Positions 9,375-18,673 of a stretch of 64,000 nt of DNA are shown here, piece by piece. Numbering within the stretch: position 1 is the first letter of the stretch; the number at the start of each line of letters is the position of its first letter. Location: IMG/VR virus record IMGVR_UViG_3300042691_041392, one strand, 5' to 3'. The notes below the pieces were generated by a model, which searched no databases, was not told the origin of the DNA, and saw only the letters and a program-made list of their open reading frames with translations. The stretch comes from a virus. Position numbers and translations under genes: made by a program.

Positions 9375-9784
9375 GGTTTTAATTTATTTTTTAGTGATTC
9401 TATCAAATCATCATCATTTCTTCTAATTGGATTTTTGAGTAATTCATCTATTTTTCTATCAGCTTCTAATTTCTCTTTAGCTAATCTATTAGCTTTATCA
9501 GTTGCTTGTTTAACTTTTTCTTTCGAAATATCTAAATCATTTTTTAATTTATCAATAGTTTTTTCTCTTTCATCAATTCTATCTTGTATAGTTTTGTATT
9601 CCGATTTTAGTTTGGAATTAGCTTTCACTAAAGAATCTCTAATTTTTTGTAAATTAATATTATCCTGATGTAGTTTATCATACTTAGTATCGTCTATTTT
9701 TGTACAACTTCTTATATTTAAGAACAGAGAAAATAAAAACAAAGTTGTTAGAACATAAATAGAAATCATTTTAAAATCTTTCAT
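9371..9784 (-). CDS. Spanin-like protein (N-terminal TM followed by coiled coil)
   Basis: Single N-terminal TM ending in RSC, long heptad-rich region, late-type promoter. Confidence 0.45.
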   Translation of the reverse strand: MKDFKMISIYVLTTLFLFSLFLNIRSCTKIDDTKYDKLHQDNINLQKIRDSLVKANSKLKSEYKTIQDRIDEREKTIDKLKNDLDISKEKVKQATDKANRLAKEKLEADRKIDELLKNPIRRNDDDLIESLKNKLKP

Positions 9785-9846
9785 AAACTTTATAATTTTT
9801 AGCAGTATATATAAAAAATATATTATCTTTGTAAAAAATATTTATT

Positions 9847-10374
9847 ATGAAACTTGTCTGCTTTGACTTTGACGATACTTTATTCCATACACCTAAGGCT
9901 GATATAGGTAAATCTATATGGGAAGAAAAAACTGGTACTATGTGGCCATATAATGGTTGGTGGGGTAAATCCGAAACTATTGATAGTAATATATTTCACA
10001 TACCTATGAATCAATGGGTTTTGAGGAAATACCAAGAACACCGTTCCGAAGACGGTACTAAAGTAATTGTTGCCACTGGTCGTTTAGCTAAAGTAAATGG
10101 AATGCTTGATAACATAAATAAATTGTTTGAAGAAAACAATTTAGAATTTGATGAAGTTCATTTAAATTGGGGCGGAGATACTCTACGATTTAAATTGAAA
10201 CTATTTGAACAAAAGTTAAAAGAACATAAAGTAAAAGAGTTTATTATGTTTGATGATAGACATGAACACCTACCACATTTTGAAGATTGGGCAACTGAAT
10301 TTTCCAAAGAAAATGGTGTTAAAATAACTGTTGTTGATGTTATTAATAAAACCGAAAAAACATTTGAAAGATAA
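9847..10374 (+). CDS. HAD-family phosphatase (Swiss-Army-Knife RNA-repair-like)
   Basis: FDFDDTLFHTP, WW, ATGR, K, FDDR..H motifs. Confidence 0.75.
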   Translation: MKLVCFDFDDTLFHTPKADIGKSIWEEKTGTMWPYNGWWGKSETIDSNIFHIPMNQWVLRKYQEHRSEDGTKVIVATGRLAKVNGMLDNINKLFEENNLEFDEVHLNWGGDTLRFKLKLFEQKLKEHKVKEFIMFDDRHEHLPHFEDWATEFSKENGVKITVVDVINKTEKTFER

Positions 10375-10412
10375 TTAATATAAATATATAATGCAAAAAT
10401 AATTTTTAAACT

Positions 10413-10691
10413 ATGGCAAAAACTAAAGAACAAGTAGAGTCAAAAGTAGAAGAGATTTTATCCAAACCATATCGTTTAGATCTTCACAATGACGATTTTA
10501 ATTCTTTTGATTGGGTAATCACTTGCCTAATGAAAGTATGTAAACATGAATATGAACAAGCTAACCAATGTGCTTTTATAGTTCATCATAATGGTGTTTG
10601 TGATGTTAAATATGGAGACTATGAGACTATCTCTGATATGAAAGATAAACTACAAAATGCTGGTTTATCAGTAACAATGGAAGCTAATTAA
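10413..10691 (+). CDS. clpS: ATP-dependent Clp protease adaptor ClpS (Bacteroidota-type)
   Basis: LHNDDFNSFDWVI..L...C.H..EQA.QCA.IVH..G.C.VK.G. Confidence 0.9.
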   Translation: MAKTKEQVESKVEEILSKPYRLDLHNDDFNSFDWVITCLMKVCKHEYEQANQCAFIVHHNGVCDVKYGDYETISDMKDKLQNAGLSVTMEAN

Positions 10692-10692
10692 T

Positions 10693-10724
10693 AAAAAAGT
10701 CACTCAAATTGAGTGACTTTTTTT
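10693..10724. terminator. Bidirectional terminator between clpS and terL
   Basis: aaaaaagtcactcaa a ttgagtgactttttt. Confidence 0.85.
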
Positions 10725-12855
10725 AGTTTCTACCAAACCAATTACTACCTTGTGAATAGTTCGATCTTCTATTTATAAACTGTCTTCTAGCTTTAAGAAC
10801 TTGACCATAATCAAGTCCTTCCATATAATCTCCTTCATTCATACATTTTTCAATGTAAGTCATGAATTGTTTATTGGTTTTATTACCCCACTCTTCAACC
10901 ATCTCTTTGAATTCATTTTTATTAAAGATAGAACTCATGTTAACCAAAGTCATAACGGTATCATCATGACCAACATCAGCCGCATATCTAACATTACCAG
11001 AAGTTGTTGTATGTTTAACAAAAGTTGTTATCTCTCTAATATTATCTTCATTGGTAATAACCAATCCTTTATTCTGCATTAATTCTTGATAATCTTTAAC
11101 CATCATATTTTTATTATCACCAACTTTTAATCCAACTTTCTCTTCTGTTGAATCAACTCTATGTTTATATCTAACAAAAATTGAAGATCCATATTGATTA
11201 TTACCATCAAAAACATGTGGCATCTCCGCCAATAATGTATTACCATAGTTATTTAGCTCCAATACTATTTTAACATTCTCCGGATTAAAATATTCAAAAG
11301 CAATGAGATATAAAAGTTCAGCCAATTGCTTAACTGAAATGAAATTATTTCTATAAATACCTATTTGTTCTAATCGGAAAAAATCAACAATTGATTTATA
11401 CTTAAATTTTTGTTCTTCTATTAAATCAGTTGATTTCTCACCAACTTTAAATATGTTAATAACAGAATAGTCTTGTCCTAAACCTTCTGATATATCTACC
11501 GATAGTACAATTTTATATTCCTTTCTTCGTATTGGTATAAAAGTATCATCATCTTCTATCCATTTTAAATCAGTATAACTAAATCTCAATCTTCTAAGTT
11601 CATCTAATTCAGTAAAAGCGAAATGTTTTTTACCTCTTAATAAATCTTCTATGATAGCCTCATTTAAAAGTGATTTACTACCATTAATAAATCTTAGTCC
11701 ATACTCTTGGTTGAAAGCATCTTCACCACCAATATCCTTAACAGCTTCATCTTTCCAAGTTGTTATTTCAGAAATTGCTAAAATTGAGGTATCCAATCCA
11801 TTTTTATCAACAAAACTCAATGATTTAACCATTTCATCAGTACACTTATCATTATTAAATATGTGTATCACATCCTTTTGAAGATCAATATTAAAGTTCA
11901 TTTCAACCTTTGTTAAATCACCCCAAGTTTCTTTACACAAATTATGTATATCATCAGCAGTAACACCATACTCATACATCTTATGTGGATTTAATCGTAT
12001 ATAAGTAACAAAACGACCAGGTACTTGATACCAATAAACTCTAAATGGTTTATAGTTATTTTTCTGTGGATCACCATCTGGTCTTTCAGCATCAGTTAAT
12101 AACTTATGGAATAAATTCATACCATTAGGAGTTGATGTGATGATAATCTTTGAGTTTTGCACGGCTGATACAGTTGGAAAAGCCGCTGTATAGTAAGGTT
12201 CAATGATATTTGATGGGATATGAGCGAACTCATCTAAGTAAAGTAAGTCAATGGTAAAACCAATTGCTGGTGTCTTTGTTCTTGCCGATGTTTTAATTCT
12301 ACAACCATTCTCAAATGTTAATGATTTTTGGTTCCAAGTTTTAACCCCAGGCTTTAGATAGAATGGTAATAGAGTATAAATAGATTTTACTTTATCAACA
12401 ATCTCAACCGCAGTATCACCTTTGTTCGCTACAATCATTACGTTTTTATCATTATTAAAGAGAATAGTGTGTAAAATAAAAATAGCTGATGATACAGTTT
12501 TACCAACCTGACGAGAAGCCATTAGAATATTGAATCTATTACTAACAAAATTATCCAATATCTCTTCCTGATAATCTCTAAGTTTTATAGAACCAATACT
12601 ACCATCTTCTCTTTTGGTTTTACAATATTGCTCTGTAAAGTAATGTATATCTAAAGCACATCTAATATATTCTTGTTGTTCCTCAGGAGTCATTCTAAAA
12701 GAAACACCTGATCGTTTAATACCAACTTCACCTTTTAGCCAAGGGTTTTGATACCTTTTAAGGACTATACCGTCGTTTATTTTATCAGTAGCATCATCAA
12801 CAAGTCTAGTGGTAAAGACCATCTGTCTTTCTTCTTCTACGTGTTTTTTTGCCAT
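10723..12855 (-). CDS. terL: Terminase large subunit (T4 gp17-like)
   Basis: LRDYQ, Walker A ASRQVGKT, Walker B LLYLDEFAH, ITSTPNG, nuclease VDISEGLGQDYS and HDD. Confidence 0.95.
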   Translation of the reverse strand: MAKKHVEEERQMVFTTRLVDDATDKINDGIVLKRYQNPWLKGEVGIKRSGVSFRMTPEEQQEYIRCALDIHYFTEQYCKTKREDGSIGSIKLRDYQEEILDNFVSNRFNILMASRQVGKTVSSAIFILHTILFNNDKNVMIVANKGDTAVEIVDKVKSIYTLLPFYLKPGVKTWNQKSLTFENGCRIKTSARTKTPAIGFTIDLLYLDEFAHIPSNIIEPYYTAAFPTVSAVQNSKIIITSTPNGMNLFHKLLTDAERPDGDPQKNNYKPFRVYWYQVPGRFVTYIRLNPHKMYEYGVTADDIHNLCKETWGDLTKVEMNFNIDLQKDVIHIFNNDKCTDEMVKSLSFVDKNGLDTSILAISEITTWKDEAVKDIGGEDAFNQEYGLRFINGSKSLLNEAIIEDLLRGKKHFAFTELDELRRLRFSYTDLKWIEDDDTFIPIRRKEYKIVLSVDISEGLGQDYSVINIFKVGEKSTDLIEEQKFKYKSIVDFFRLEQIGIYRNNFISVKQLAELLYLIAFEYFNPENVKIVLELNNYGNTLLAEMPHVFDGNNQYGSSIFVRYKHRVDSTEEKVGLKVGDNKNMMVKDYQELMQNKGLVITNEDNIREITTFVKHTTTSGNVRYAADVGHDDTVMTLVNMSSIFNKNEFKEMVEEWGNKTNKQFMTYIEKCMNEGDYMEGLDYGQVLKARRQFINRRSNYSQGSNWFGRN

Positions 12856-12945
12856 ATTTTTAATTATTTTTTATAGTGATAATTTTTTTATATATAAAGT
12901 AGAAAAAGTGGAAATTTTACACTTTTTTGAAATAATATATACATT

Positions 12946-13113
12946 ATGGGAAGAAAATCAGGTATTAGTAAATTGAAAGTTGGATTTTCAGTTGATATAG
13001 ATACTTATCAAGAGTTTGAAAAGTATTGTGAAGATAATTTTATAAACAAGTCAAAACTAATGGATAAGATATTGAAAGATTTTCTAAAAAAACAAAAAAG
13101 TAAAGTAGAATAA
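12946..13113 (+). CDS. Small ribbon-helix-helix DNA-binding protein (55 aa), not in ORF track
   Basis: MGRKSGISKLKVGFSVDIDTYQEFEKYCEDNFINKSKLMDKILKDFLKKQKSKVE*: beta strand, helix, NKS, helix. Confidence 0.7.
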   Translation: MGRKSGISKLKVGFSVDIDTYQEFEKYCEDNFINKSKLMDKILKDFLKKQKSKVE

Positions 13114-13114
13114 G

Positions 13115-13753
13115 ATGTCTAAAGCTGATAAAGAAAGAAATAGAATAAAAGATGAGTTTGAACAAATACAATCAGAGTCAATAGATTTTGATATATCAAC
13201 ACATTTAGCAAGACCAGAAGATTTACCAGATTTAGGTGAAATTGAAATATATGACTATGATTCAGATCTAACGGTGGCTTCTCAACAATCAATGGATGTA
13301 TTAGAATCATTAGTAGATCTTTATTTAGGAGATGTTCCTAAGTTAAAGGAACATCCTTATATCGCCAACAAAATGAAAGAAGATGCTACTGTTTACGCAG
13401 AAGCTATCTTTTTATCAAAAATGACTAGAAAAAATTTCTTAAATCAATTAAGACAGGTTGATAATGGTGATAACTCAGCTAGAATGCATGAAGTTGTCAA
13501 TCAAACAATTGGTCAAATTAGAGAAAATGCTAAGTTTCTAAGTGGACAAAGAACAGAACTTGAAAAATTCTATAAAACTCTTAGAAAAGATTTAGGTTAT
13601 GAAGAAATTGACAATTCAACTCCAAAAATTGAAGAAATTGGAACTGATGAAGAACCAACTACAAATGATGGAATGATTACTAGCAGTAGAGATTTAAATG
13701 ATTTAATCAAAAATGCCATGTTGAATATGGATGATAAAAAGAAAAAAGGTTAA
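13115..13753 (+). CDS. terS: Terminase small subunit (T4 gp16-like)
   Basis: SARMHEVV.Q.I and C-terminal ITSSRDL..LI resemble gp16-family motifs; divergent from terL. Confidence 0.6.
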   Translation: MSKADKERNRIKDEFEQIQSESIDFDISTHLARPEDLPDLGEIEIYDYDSDLTVASQQSMDVLESLVDLYLGDVPKLKEHPYIANKMKEDATVYAEAIFLSKMTRKNFLNQLRQVDNGDNSARMHEVVNQTIGQIRENAKFLSGQRTELEKFYKTLRKDLGYEEIDNSTPKIEEIGTDEEPTTNDGMITSSRDLNDLIKNAMLNMDDKKKKG

Positions 13754-14599
13754 TTACTTTCTATAATATTTAAAACTTTCAAATGTTCTTATAAGTTTAG
13801 AGTATTCTAATAAGGTCTTTTTACTTTGAATTCGATTAACTTTATTTGGACTAACCCAGTTTATATAAACAAATTTTTGAATTGAATTTATTTCAGATAT
13901 GATTGTCTTTTTAAGAAAATCCTCTGTATTATCCAGAATAGTTTTTAGAAAATCATTAACTTTTATATTAGTATTCTGCAAATCAGTATCATAATAGTGA
14001 ACCTCATCATATCTTTCAATCTCATTATCTATGAATTTATCACCTTCTGTTTTATAACCAACTAAGTGTTGTAATATAATTCTAATCTTTTTATATAAAA
14101 TTTCATCTAAATCTCTATTATAAAATGTCTCTGATATAAAATAATAATCTTTAATTTCTAAACCTAATTTATAAAGTTTATCTTCTATTTTATCAATTAT
14201 TATTTCATAGTTCTTTTTATTGTTTTTAGAACAAATAATATAAATATGATCTGTTGTATTTTTTATATTATGAAATAAATCCATATTTATCTCATAATCC
14301 AATTCTTTTATTATTTCAGAGTTTGAAAATTCCTGCATAGAAAATCCCAAATTACTCAAATCGAATTTTATTCTCTTACTTTTTATTTTTATTTGATTCA
14401 TCAAATCTTCTGGAAACCAATAATTGGTTCCGTTTAAAGATAATCTTTGATTTTGACTTCTATAAACACCATTTCTAATTAGATTAAAGTCTGATTGTGA
14501 AATCTTTATTATAGGATTATTTGGATTATTTTTATCAATAATCCAAACTTTATTATCAATATTAACTATTGTATCTAAATCAAAAAAATGTGCTTTCAT
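13754..14599 (-). CDS. HAD-like fold protein (degenerate) with C-terminal LIRTFESF tag
   Basis: HFFDLDT at N-terminus, IICS, VHYYDTD. Confidence 0.45.
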   Translation of the reverse strand: MKAHFFDLDTIVNIDNKVWIIDKNNPNNPIIKISQSDFNLIRNGVYRSQNQRLSLNGTNYWFPEDLMNQIKIKSKRIKFDLSNLGFSMQEFSNSEIIKELDYEINMDLFHNIKNTTDHIYIICSKNNKKNYEIIIDKIEDKLYKLGLEIKDYYFISETFYNRDLDEILYKKIRIILQHLVGYKTEGDKFIDNEIERYDEVHYYDTDLQNTNIKVNDFLKTILDNTEDFLKKTIISEINSIQKFVYINWVSPNKVNRIQSKKTLLEYSKLIRTFESFKYYRK

Positions 14600-14838
14600 T
14601 AATAATATTTATTAATTTTATATTTTATTTCATGTGGCATACCATCAAATCTAGAACCTTCATATTCTTTATCCTTCCATTCGATACCACCACTTAGTTC
14701 ATTCTCAAAACTTCTACACTTAGAACAATTTTTAGGTGGAACTAAATCACCGTTTTCATTTTTAACCATTTCATGTTCTTTATATTCAAATCTGGCTTTA
14801 CACCAAGGACTTTGACATATCTCATATTTTGTTTCCAT
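14599..14838 (-). CDS. Zinc-ribbon protein
   Basis: CQSPWC...F......PKNCSKCR. Confidence 0.6.
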   Translation of the reverse strand: METKYEICQSPWCKARFEYKEHEMVKNENGDLVPPKNCSKCRSFENELSGGIEWKDKEYEGSRFDGMPHEIKYKINKYY

Positions 14839-14884
14839 ATTTTATATATTAAAATAAAAAACCCATCTTGTGATGGGTTTAATT

Positions 14885-15337
14885 TTATTTTATCATATTC
14901 TTACTTAAAGCAAAATCATACAAAATAGGAAGATTTAAATACTTTAAAAAATTTTCTTTTATATCGTTTAAGGTTTTAGACTTTTTAACTATATTTAAAA
15001 TTAGATAACCAAACTCCTCTTGAAAATCTAAATATAACTCAGACCAAGGTTTATTATAATTTTCCAATGTTCTCCATTCTAAGTATCCACCAGTTAACCA
15101 AAAAAGTGATTTACCAGGTGATAAGTTTTCATAAACTATATCATTAATTTCCAAGTCCCAAATTGCCTCATTAGAATCCACATTTCTCATTAAAATAGCC
15201 ACAGCTTCTGCCACATCACTTGTTAACTCTTTACCAATTTCAAAGAAGTATTCTTTTTCCTCTTTGGAAACACTAACAATTCCTTTATTGTAGATGTTTT
15301 TTCCAATTGGCTTTAAACCAACTTTTCTCTTTTTCAT
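14885..15337 (-). CDS. Hypothetical protein
   Basis: ORF followed by terminator. Confidence 0.6.
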   Translation of the reverse strand: MKKRKVGLKPIGKNIYNKGIVSVSKEEKEYFFEIGKELTSDVAEAVAILMRNVDSNEAIWDLEINDIVYENLSPGKSLFWLTGGYLEWRTLENYNKPWSELYLDFQEEFGYLILNIVKKSKTLNDIKENFLKYLNLPILYDFALSKNMIK

Positions 15338-15353
15338 AATTGTTTCTTATTTT

Positions 15354-15653
15354 TTATGATTGATAAGTAAGTAAATTAATACCACTTAACCATTTACCAT
15401 AGAACATACCATTTTCAAAAATTCCATTTTCCCACACACCGTAGAATTTACCATTTTTGAATATTCCATAATGCCAATTTCCAGAAATATACTCACCATT
15501 TTTCCAAATAAGAGTATCTTTTTTAATTTCTATTTCAGCATTTTCTATTTCAGAATCTAAAAGCCAATAAAATTTATTATCTTTGAGTATTTTGATTATT
15601 TGAGACTCTGTTGTATAAGTCTTATTATCATATTTCAATTCACTATATCTCAT
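15354..15653 (-). CDS. Protein with G-x-[WF]-x-x pentapeptide-type repeats (possible beta-helix)
   Basis: WKNGEYISGNWHYGIFKNGKFYGVWENGIFENG. Confidence 0.6.
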   Translation of the reverse strand: MRYSELKYDNKTYTTESQIIKILKDNKFYWLLDSEIENAEIEIKKDTLIWKNGEYISGNWHYGIFKNGKFYGVWENGIFENGMFYGKWLSGINLLTYQS

Positions 15654-15692
15654 ATCTAAGATATTATTTTAACATATATATTTAGATTTTTT

Positions 15693-15746
15693 TCCATCAA
15701 TTTTTCAAGTCTTAAAAAATCCATAGTTTTTTCAAGTCTTAAAAAA
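15693..15746. repeat. Intergenic tandem direct repeat, 2 x 27 nt
   Basis: tccatcaatttttcaagtcttaaaaaa / tccatagttttttcaagtcttaaaaaa. Confidence 0.75.
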
Positions 15747-15758
15747 AATTTTTTAAAT

Positions 15759-15791
15759 AAAAAAAGAGAGACTTAAAAAAGTCTCTCTTTT
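15759..15791. terminator. Intrinsic terminator downstream of the AIPR gene
   Basis: aaaagagagactt aaaa aagtctctctttt. Confidence 0.8.
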
Positions 15792-15812
15792 ATATTCATT
15801 TTCAATAACTTA

Positions 15813-16967
15813 CTAAACCATAATGGAATTCTTTTCGAGAATTTCTTTCAATCTTTTTAATTCCATATCTTTTTTGTGACTGTTCATTGAGTTTAATTCA
15901 TTCTCTATATTTGAGAATATAGTATTACAATTTGACTTAGATCCATAATATTGAGAGTCTAACTTTTTATCACCAGATTTAGCAATTTTCCAAACATTAT
16001 CCATAAATAATTTAAAGAATCCATATGATGAATCATTTGTAATATCTTTATATTGATTATAGTATCTTTTATAAGCTAATACTAAAACATTCTTAGCATA
16101 ACCAGGTCTTCCAGTATCATAAAAATTATTATCATGATAAGACTTATAATTAATATCAAACCAGTTATCAATTTCTTTAGATAACTCAAACACTGATATC
16201 ATATCACTTGGTGAAATAAAGTCAATAACATTACCTTCAAAGTTTTCAATTGCCTCACTTGCAGTTACCCAAGGAGTTTCATTAAAATAAGCATTAATAA
16301 TATTATAATAGTTTTGCGACCATAAATTTATAACATTATCACCAGCTATAGTGATATCCTTTTTATTATTTAAAATATAACCTAGTTTATCCAATTCATC
16401 TTTCATGTCATTCCAATCATTTGAAATTGTATCTTTGTTACCGATTTTATTAGAAGTGTTATGAGAACTACAAGAGTTATAAGAATCATCTTCATCATAA
16501 CCAACCATTATCTGTAATTGTATGTAAACATCATCACTAATAGGAAATTTGTTATCAACAAAACTTGAAATTGATATTGTTTGTTGACCATTCCCAAATC
16601 CATGATATCTTTCAGATAAAATAATCTCATACTCATTATTTTGAATTTCATTTATAGACCCACATATTAACAAACCACCACCATTTCTATTATAGAAGTT
16701 TATAGAATCTAATGAACCATTTGAAATACTAACTAAAGTATCATTTATACCAACATGTACTTTATTTTTTTTAGAATTTTTAGAATTTGTTAATAGTCCT
16801 CTTACATTAACATCATAAATCTGACCATTAAACATTTTATGTGTATCCACTAATTGTTTTAATTGAACAACAGCTGAATAACTTCTACCCTTTGTAGAAT
16901 TACTAGGAATTTCCACAATTGAGTGGAATTTTAATTTAAATTTTTTCATAAATTTTTTATATAACAT
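15813..16967 (-). CDS. AIPR-family protein (ParB/Srx-like fold)
   Basis: IYDVNVRGLL, I.DTL, FYNRNGG..I, NGQQT, HNTSNKI match the AIPR motif order; start may be ATG 16949. Confidence 0.65.
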   Translation of the reverse strand: MLYKKFMKKFKLKFHSIVEIPSNSTKGRSYSAVVQLKQLVDTHKMFNGQIYDVNVRGLLTNSKNSKKNKVHVGINDTLVSISNGSLDSINFYNRNGGGLLICGSINEIQNNEYEIILSERYHGFGNGQQTISISSFVDNKFPISDDVYIQLQIMVGYDEDDSYNSCSSHNTSNKIGNKDTISNDWNDMKDELDKLGYILNNKKDITIAGDNVINLWSQNYYNIINAYFNETPWVTASEAIENFEGNVIDFISPSDMISVFELSKEIDNWFDINYKSYHDNNFYDTGRPGYAKNVLVLAYKRYYNQYKDITNDSSYGFFKLFMDNVWKIAKSGDKKLDSQYYGSKSNCNTIFSNIENELNSMNSHKKDMELKRLKEILEKNSIMV

Positions 16968-17113
16968 TATTTACTCTCATGGTGGTAATAAACCAGACAC
17001 TTTAACGATTAATGTCAAACGGTCATCGCGAATAACAATAGTTCTATTTTTAATGATTAAAAAGTTTAAATTTTAAAGCAAGAATTTAATATATAAAAAA
17101 AATATATTATAAT

Positions 17114-17830
17114 ATGAAATATTTAAAAAAATTTAATGAAGAGTTAGATCCAATGACTTATAGAAGAGCAGCTGCTAAAATCATAAAAAGAGCTGAAAAG
17201 GATCCTTTTTATGATATGGAAACTGCTAAAGCAAGTGCTGAAGAACTAAGAAATTGGGCTTCTAAAAGAGAAGATGATGAAACTATCGTAAAATGGCATA
17301 AAAATATTGAGGAGTTTAAAAAATATGGTAAAATAAAAGCTAATATAAATGGTAAAGTTGGAGATTTTTATCTAAACCTAACATTTGATAGAGATGCCAC
17401 TTTAGATCAATATGAAGATACAGAAGGTTCAGAACTTAATATTGGTTTCTTTATTGGTTTAATACCAGTTGATGAATCTACTAAAGATAAGTTTATGGAT
17501 GAATTTGATGATTTTGGAAATGGGTTCTTTTGGGCATCAATTTTAAATATTAAATTTTCTATTGAGTCTGGAACATATAAATTTGAAAAAATAGAATTCT
17601 TTGATTATGGTGATTCTGTATTTAAAATTGCTGATGCTCCTTCTTCAAAAAGAGTTAAGAAATTAATAATTGACTTATTCAATAACCCAACATTAAATTA
17701 TCCGTCTGGATATACAGATTATGAATATTTCTATGAGTTATTCGAAGAAGTTGTAATACCTGTTGTATCTGGTGATACAGGTATTACGATGGAAGCAATT
17801 GCTGAAGAAATTAAAAAAATTGGATCATAA
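17114..17830 (+). CDS. Hypothetical protein with N-terminal KYLKKFNEE tag
   Basis: ORF; TAATATATA at 17087-17095. Confidence 0.7.
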   Translation: MKYLKKFNEELDPMTYRRAAAKIIKRAEKDPFYDMETAKASAEELRNWASKREDDETIVKWHKNIEEFKKYGKIKANINGKVGDFYLNLTFDRDATLDQYEDTEGSELNIGFFIGLIPVDESTKDKFMDEFDDFGNGFFWASILNIKFSIESGTYKFEKIEFFDYGDSVFKIADAPSSKRVKKLIIDLFNNPTLNYPSGYTDYEYFYELFEEVVIPVVSGDTGITMEAIAEEIKKIGS

Positions 17831-17856
17831 ATCCAAAATAAAAATAAACTATAACT

Positions 17857-18033
17857 ATGAACATTAAGAAATTTAGTGAAATCAACGAAGCTAAGAAGGA
17901 AGACAAAGTTGAGAAAATTGAATCTTATATCGAGAAGAATAAGAAAAACAAATCATCTTACGAGATGTATAAAGAATTGAGAAATGATTTTTCTGAGAAA
18001 GATTTGAAAAAATACTTCCATGATAACTATTAA
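17857..18033 (+). CDS. Small hypothetical protein (58 aa) with NIKKFSEINE tag, not in ORF track
   Basis: MNIKKFSEINEAKKEDKVEKIESYIEKNKKNKSSYEMYKELRNDFSEKDLKKYFHDNY*. Confidence 0.7.
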   Translation: MNIKKFSEINEAKKEDKVEKIESYIEKNKKNKSSYEMYKELRNDFSEKDLKKYFHDNY

Positions 18034-18047
18034 AATAAATTAAAATT

Positions 18048-18644
18048 ATGATAAGTAAATCTAAAGAAATTGCTAAAATTAAATTACCAGAATATAAAGG
18101 AGATAGAGTTTATATGCATGAATTCCTTATTGAAGATCCTAAAATGCCAGCAGGATACGAAAGATGGAACGAAACATTAAAAAATATTGTAGCTCACTCA
18201 CCTAAGAAAACTGGTAAAGCTTATATCACTATTGATGAAAAATTAGTTAAAGCTGGTGAATCTCATAGAAGAGGTGGTGCACACGTTGATGGTAACTACC
18301 TATTTGGTTGGGGTGGCGGAGGCGGCTGGTTAACTGGTGAAGATGGTAGAGTTTTACCAAGAGAAAAACACATACAACAATATTGTTCTGATAAAGGAGG
18401 TATGTTAATCATTTCTTCTTATGAAGCTTGTAAAGCTTGGAATGGTGAGTTTGAAGGTGAACCAAACCAAGGTGGTGATTGCTCACATATTGATCTTTCT
18501 AAATTAGAAAGTTACAATCTTAAACCAAATACTTTATATTGGGGTAACAGTACTTTCATTCACGAGTCTCTTCCAATCGAAGAAGATATTGAAAGACAAT
18601 TAGTGAGAATTACTCTCCCAGCAGACGCTGAAGAACTTGTTTAA
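18048..18644 (+). CDS. 2OG-Fe(II) dioxygenase-like protein
   Basis: RRGGAHVDG (HxD), distal HES and RQLVR. Confidence 0.6.
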   Translation: MISKSKEIAKIKLPEYKGDRVYMHEFLIEDPKMPAGYERWNETLKNIVAHSPKKTGKAYITIDEKLVKAGESHRRGGAHVDGNYLFGWGGGGGWLTGEDGRVLPREKHIQQYCSDKGGMLIISSYEACKAWNGEFEGEPNQGGDCSHIDLSKLESYNLKPNTLYWGNSTFIHESLPIEEDIERQLVRITLPADAEELV

Positions 18645-18645
18645 T

Positions 18646-18673
18646 AAAAAAGACCTCATTTGAGGTCTTTTTT
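18646..18673. terminator. Bidirectional terminator
   Basis: aaaaaagacctca tt tgaggtctttttt. Confidence 0.8.

Noticed and set aside
10723-12855. Intein or group I intron in terL
   Set aside because: The insert lacks intein splice residues, is short and has no stops; reported as a domain insertion instead
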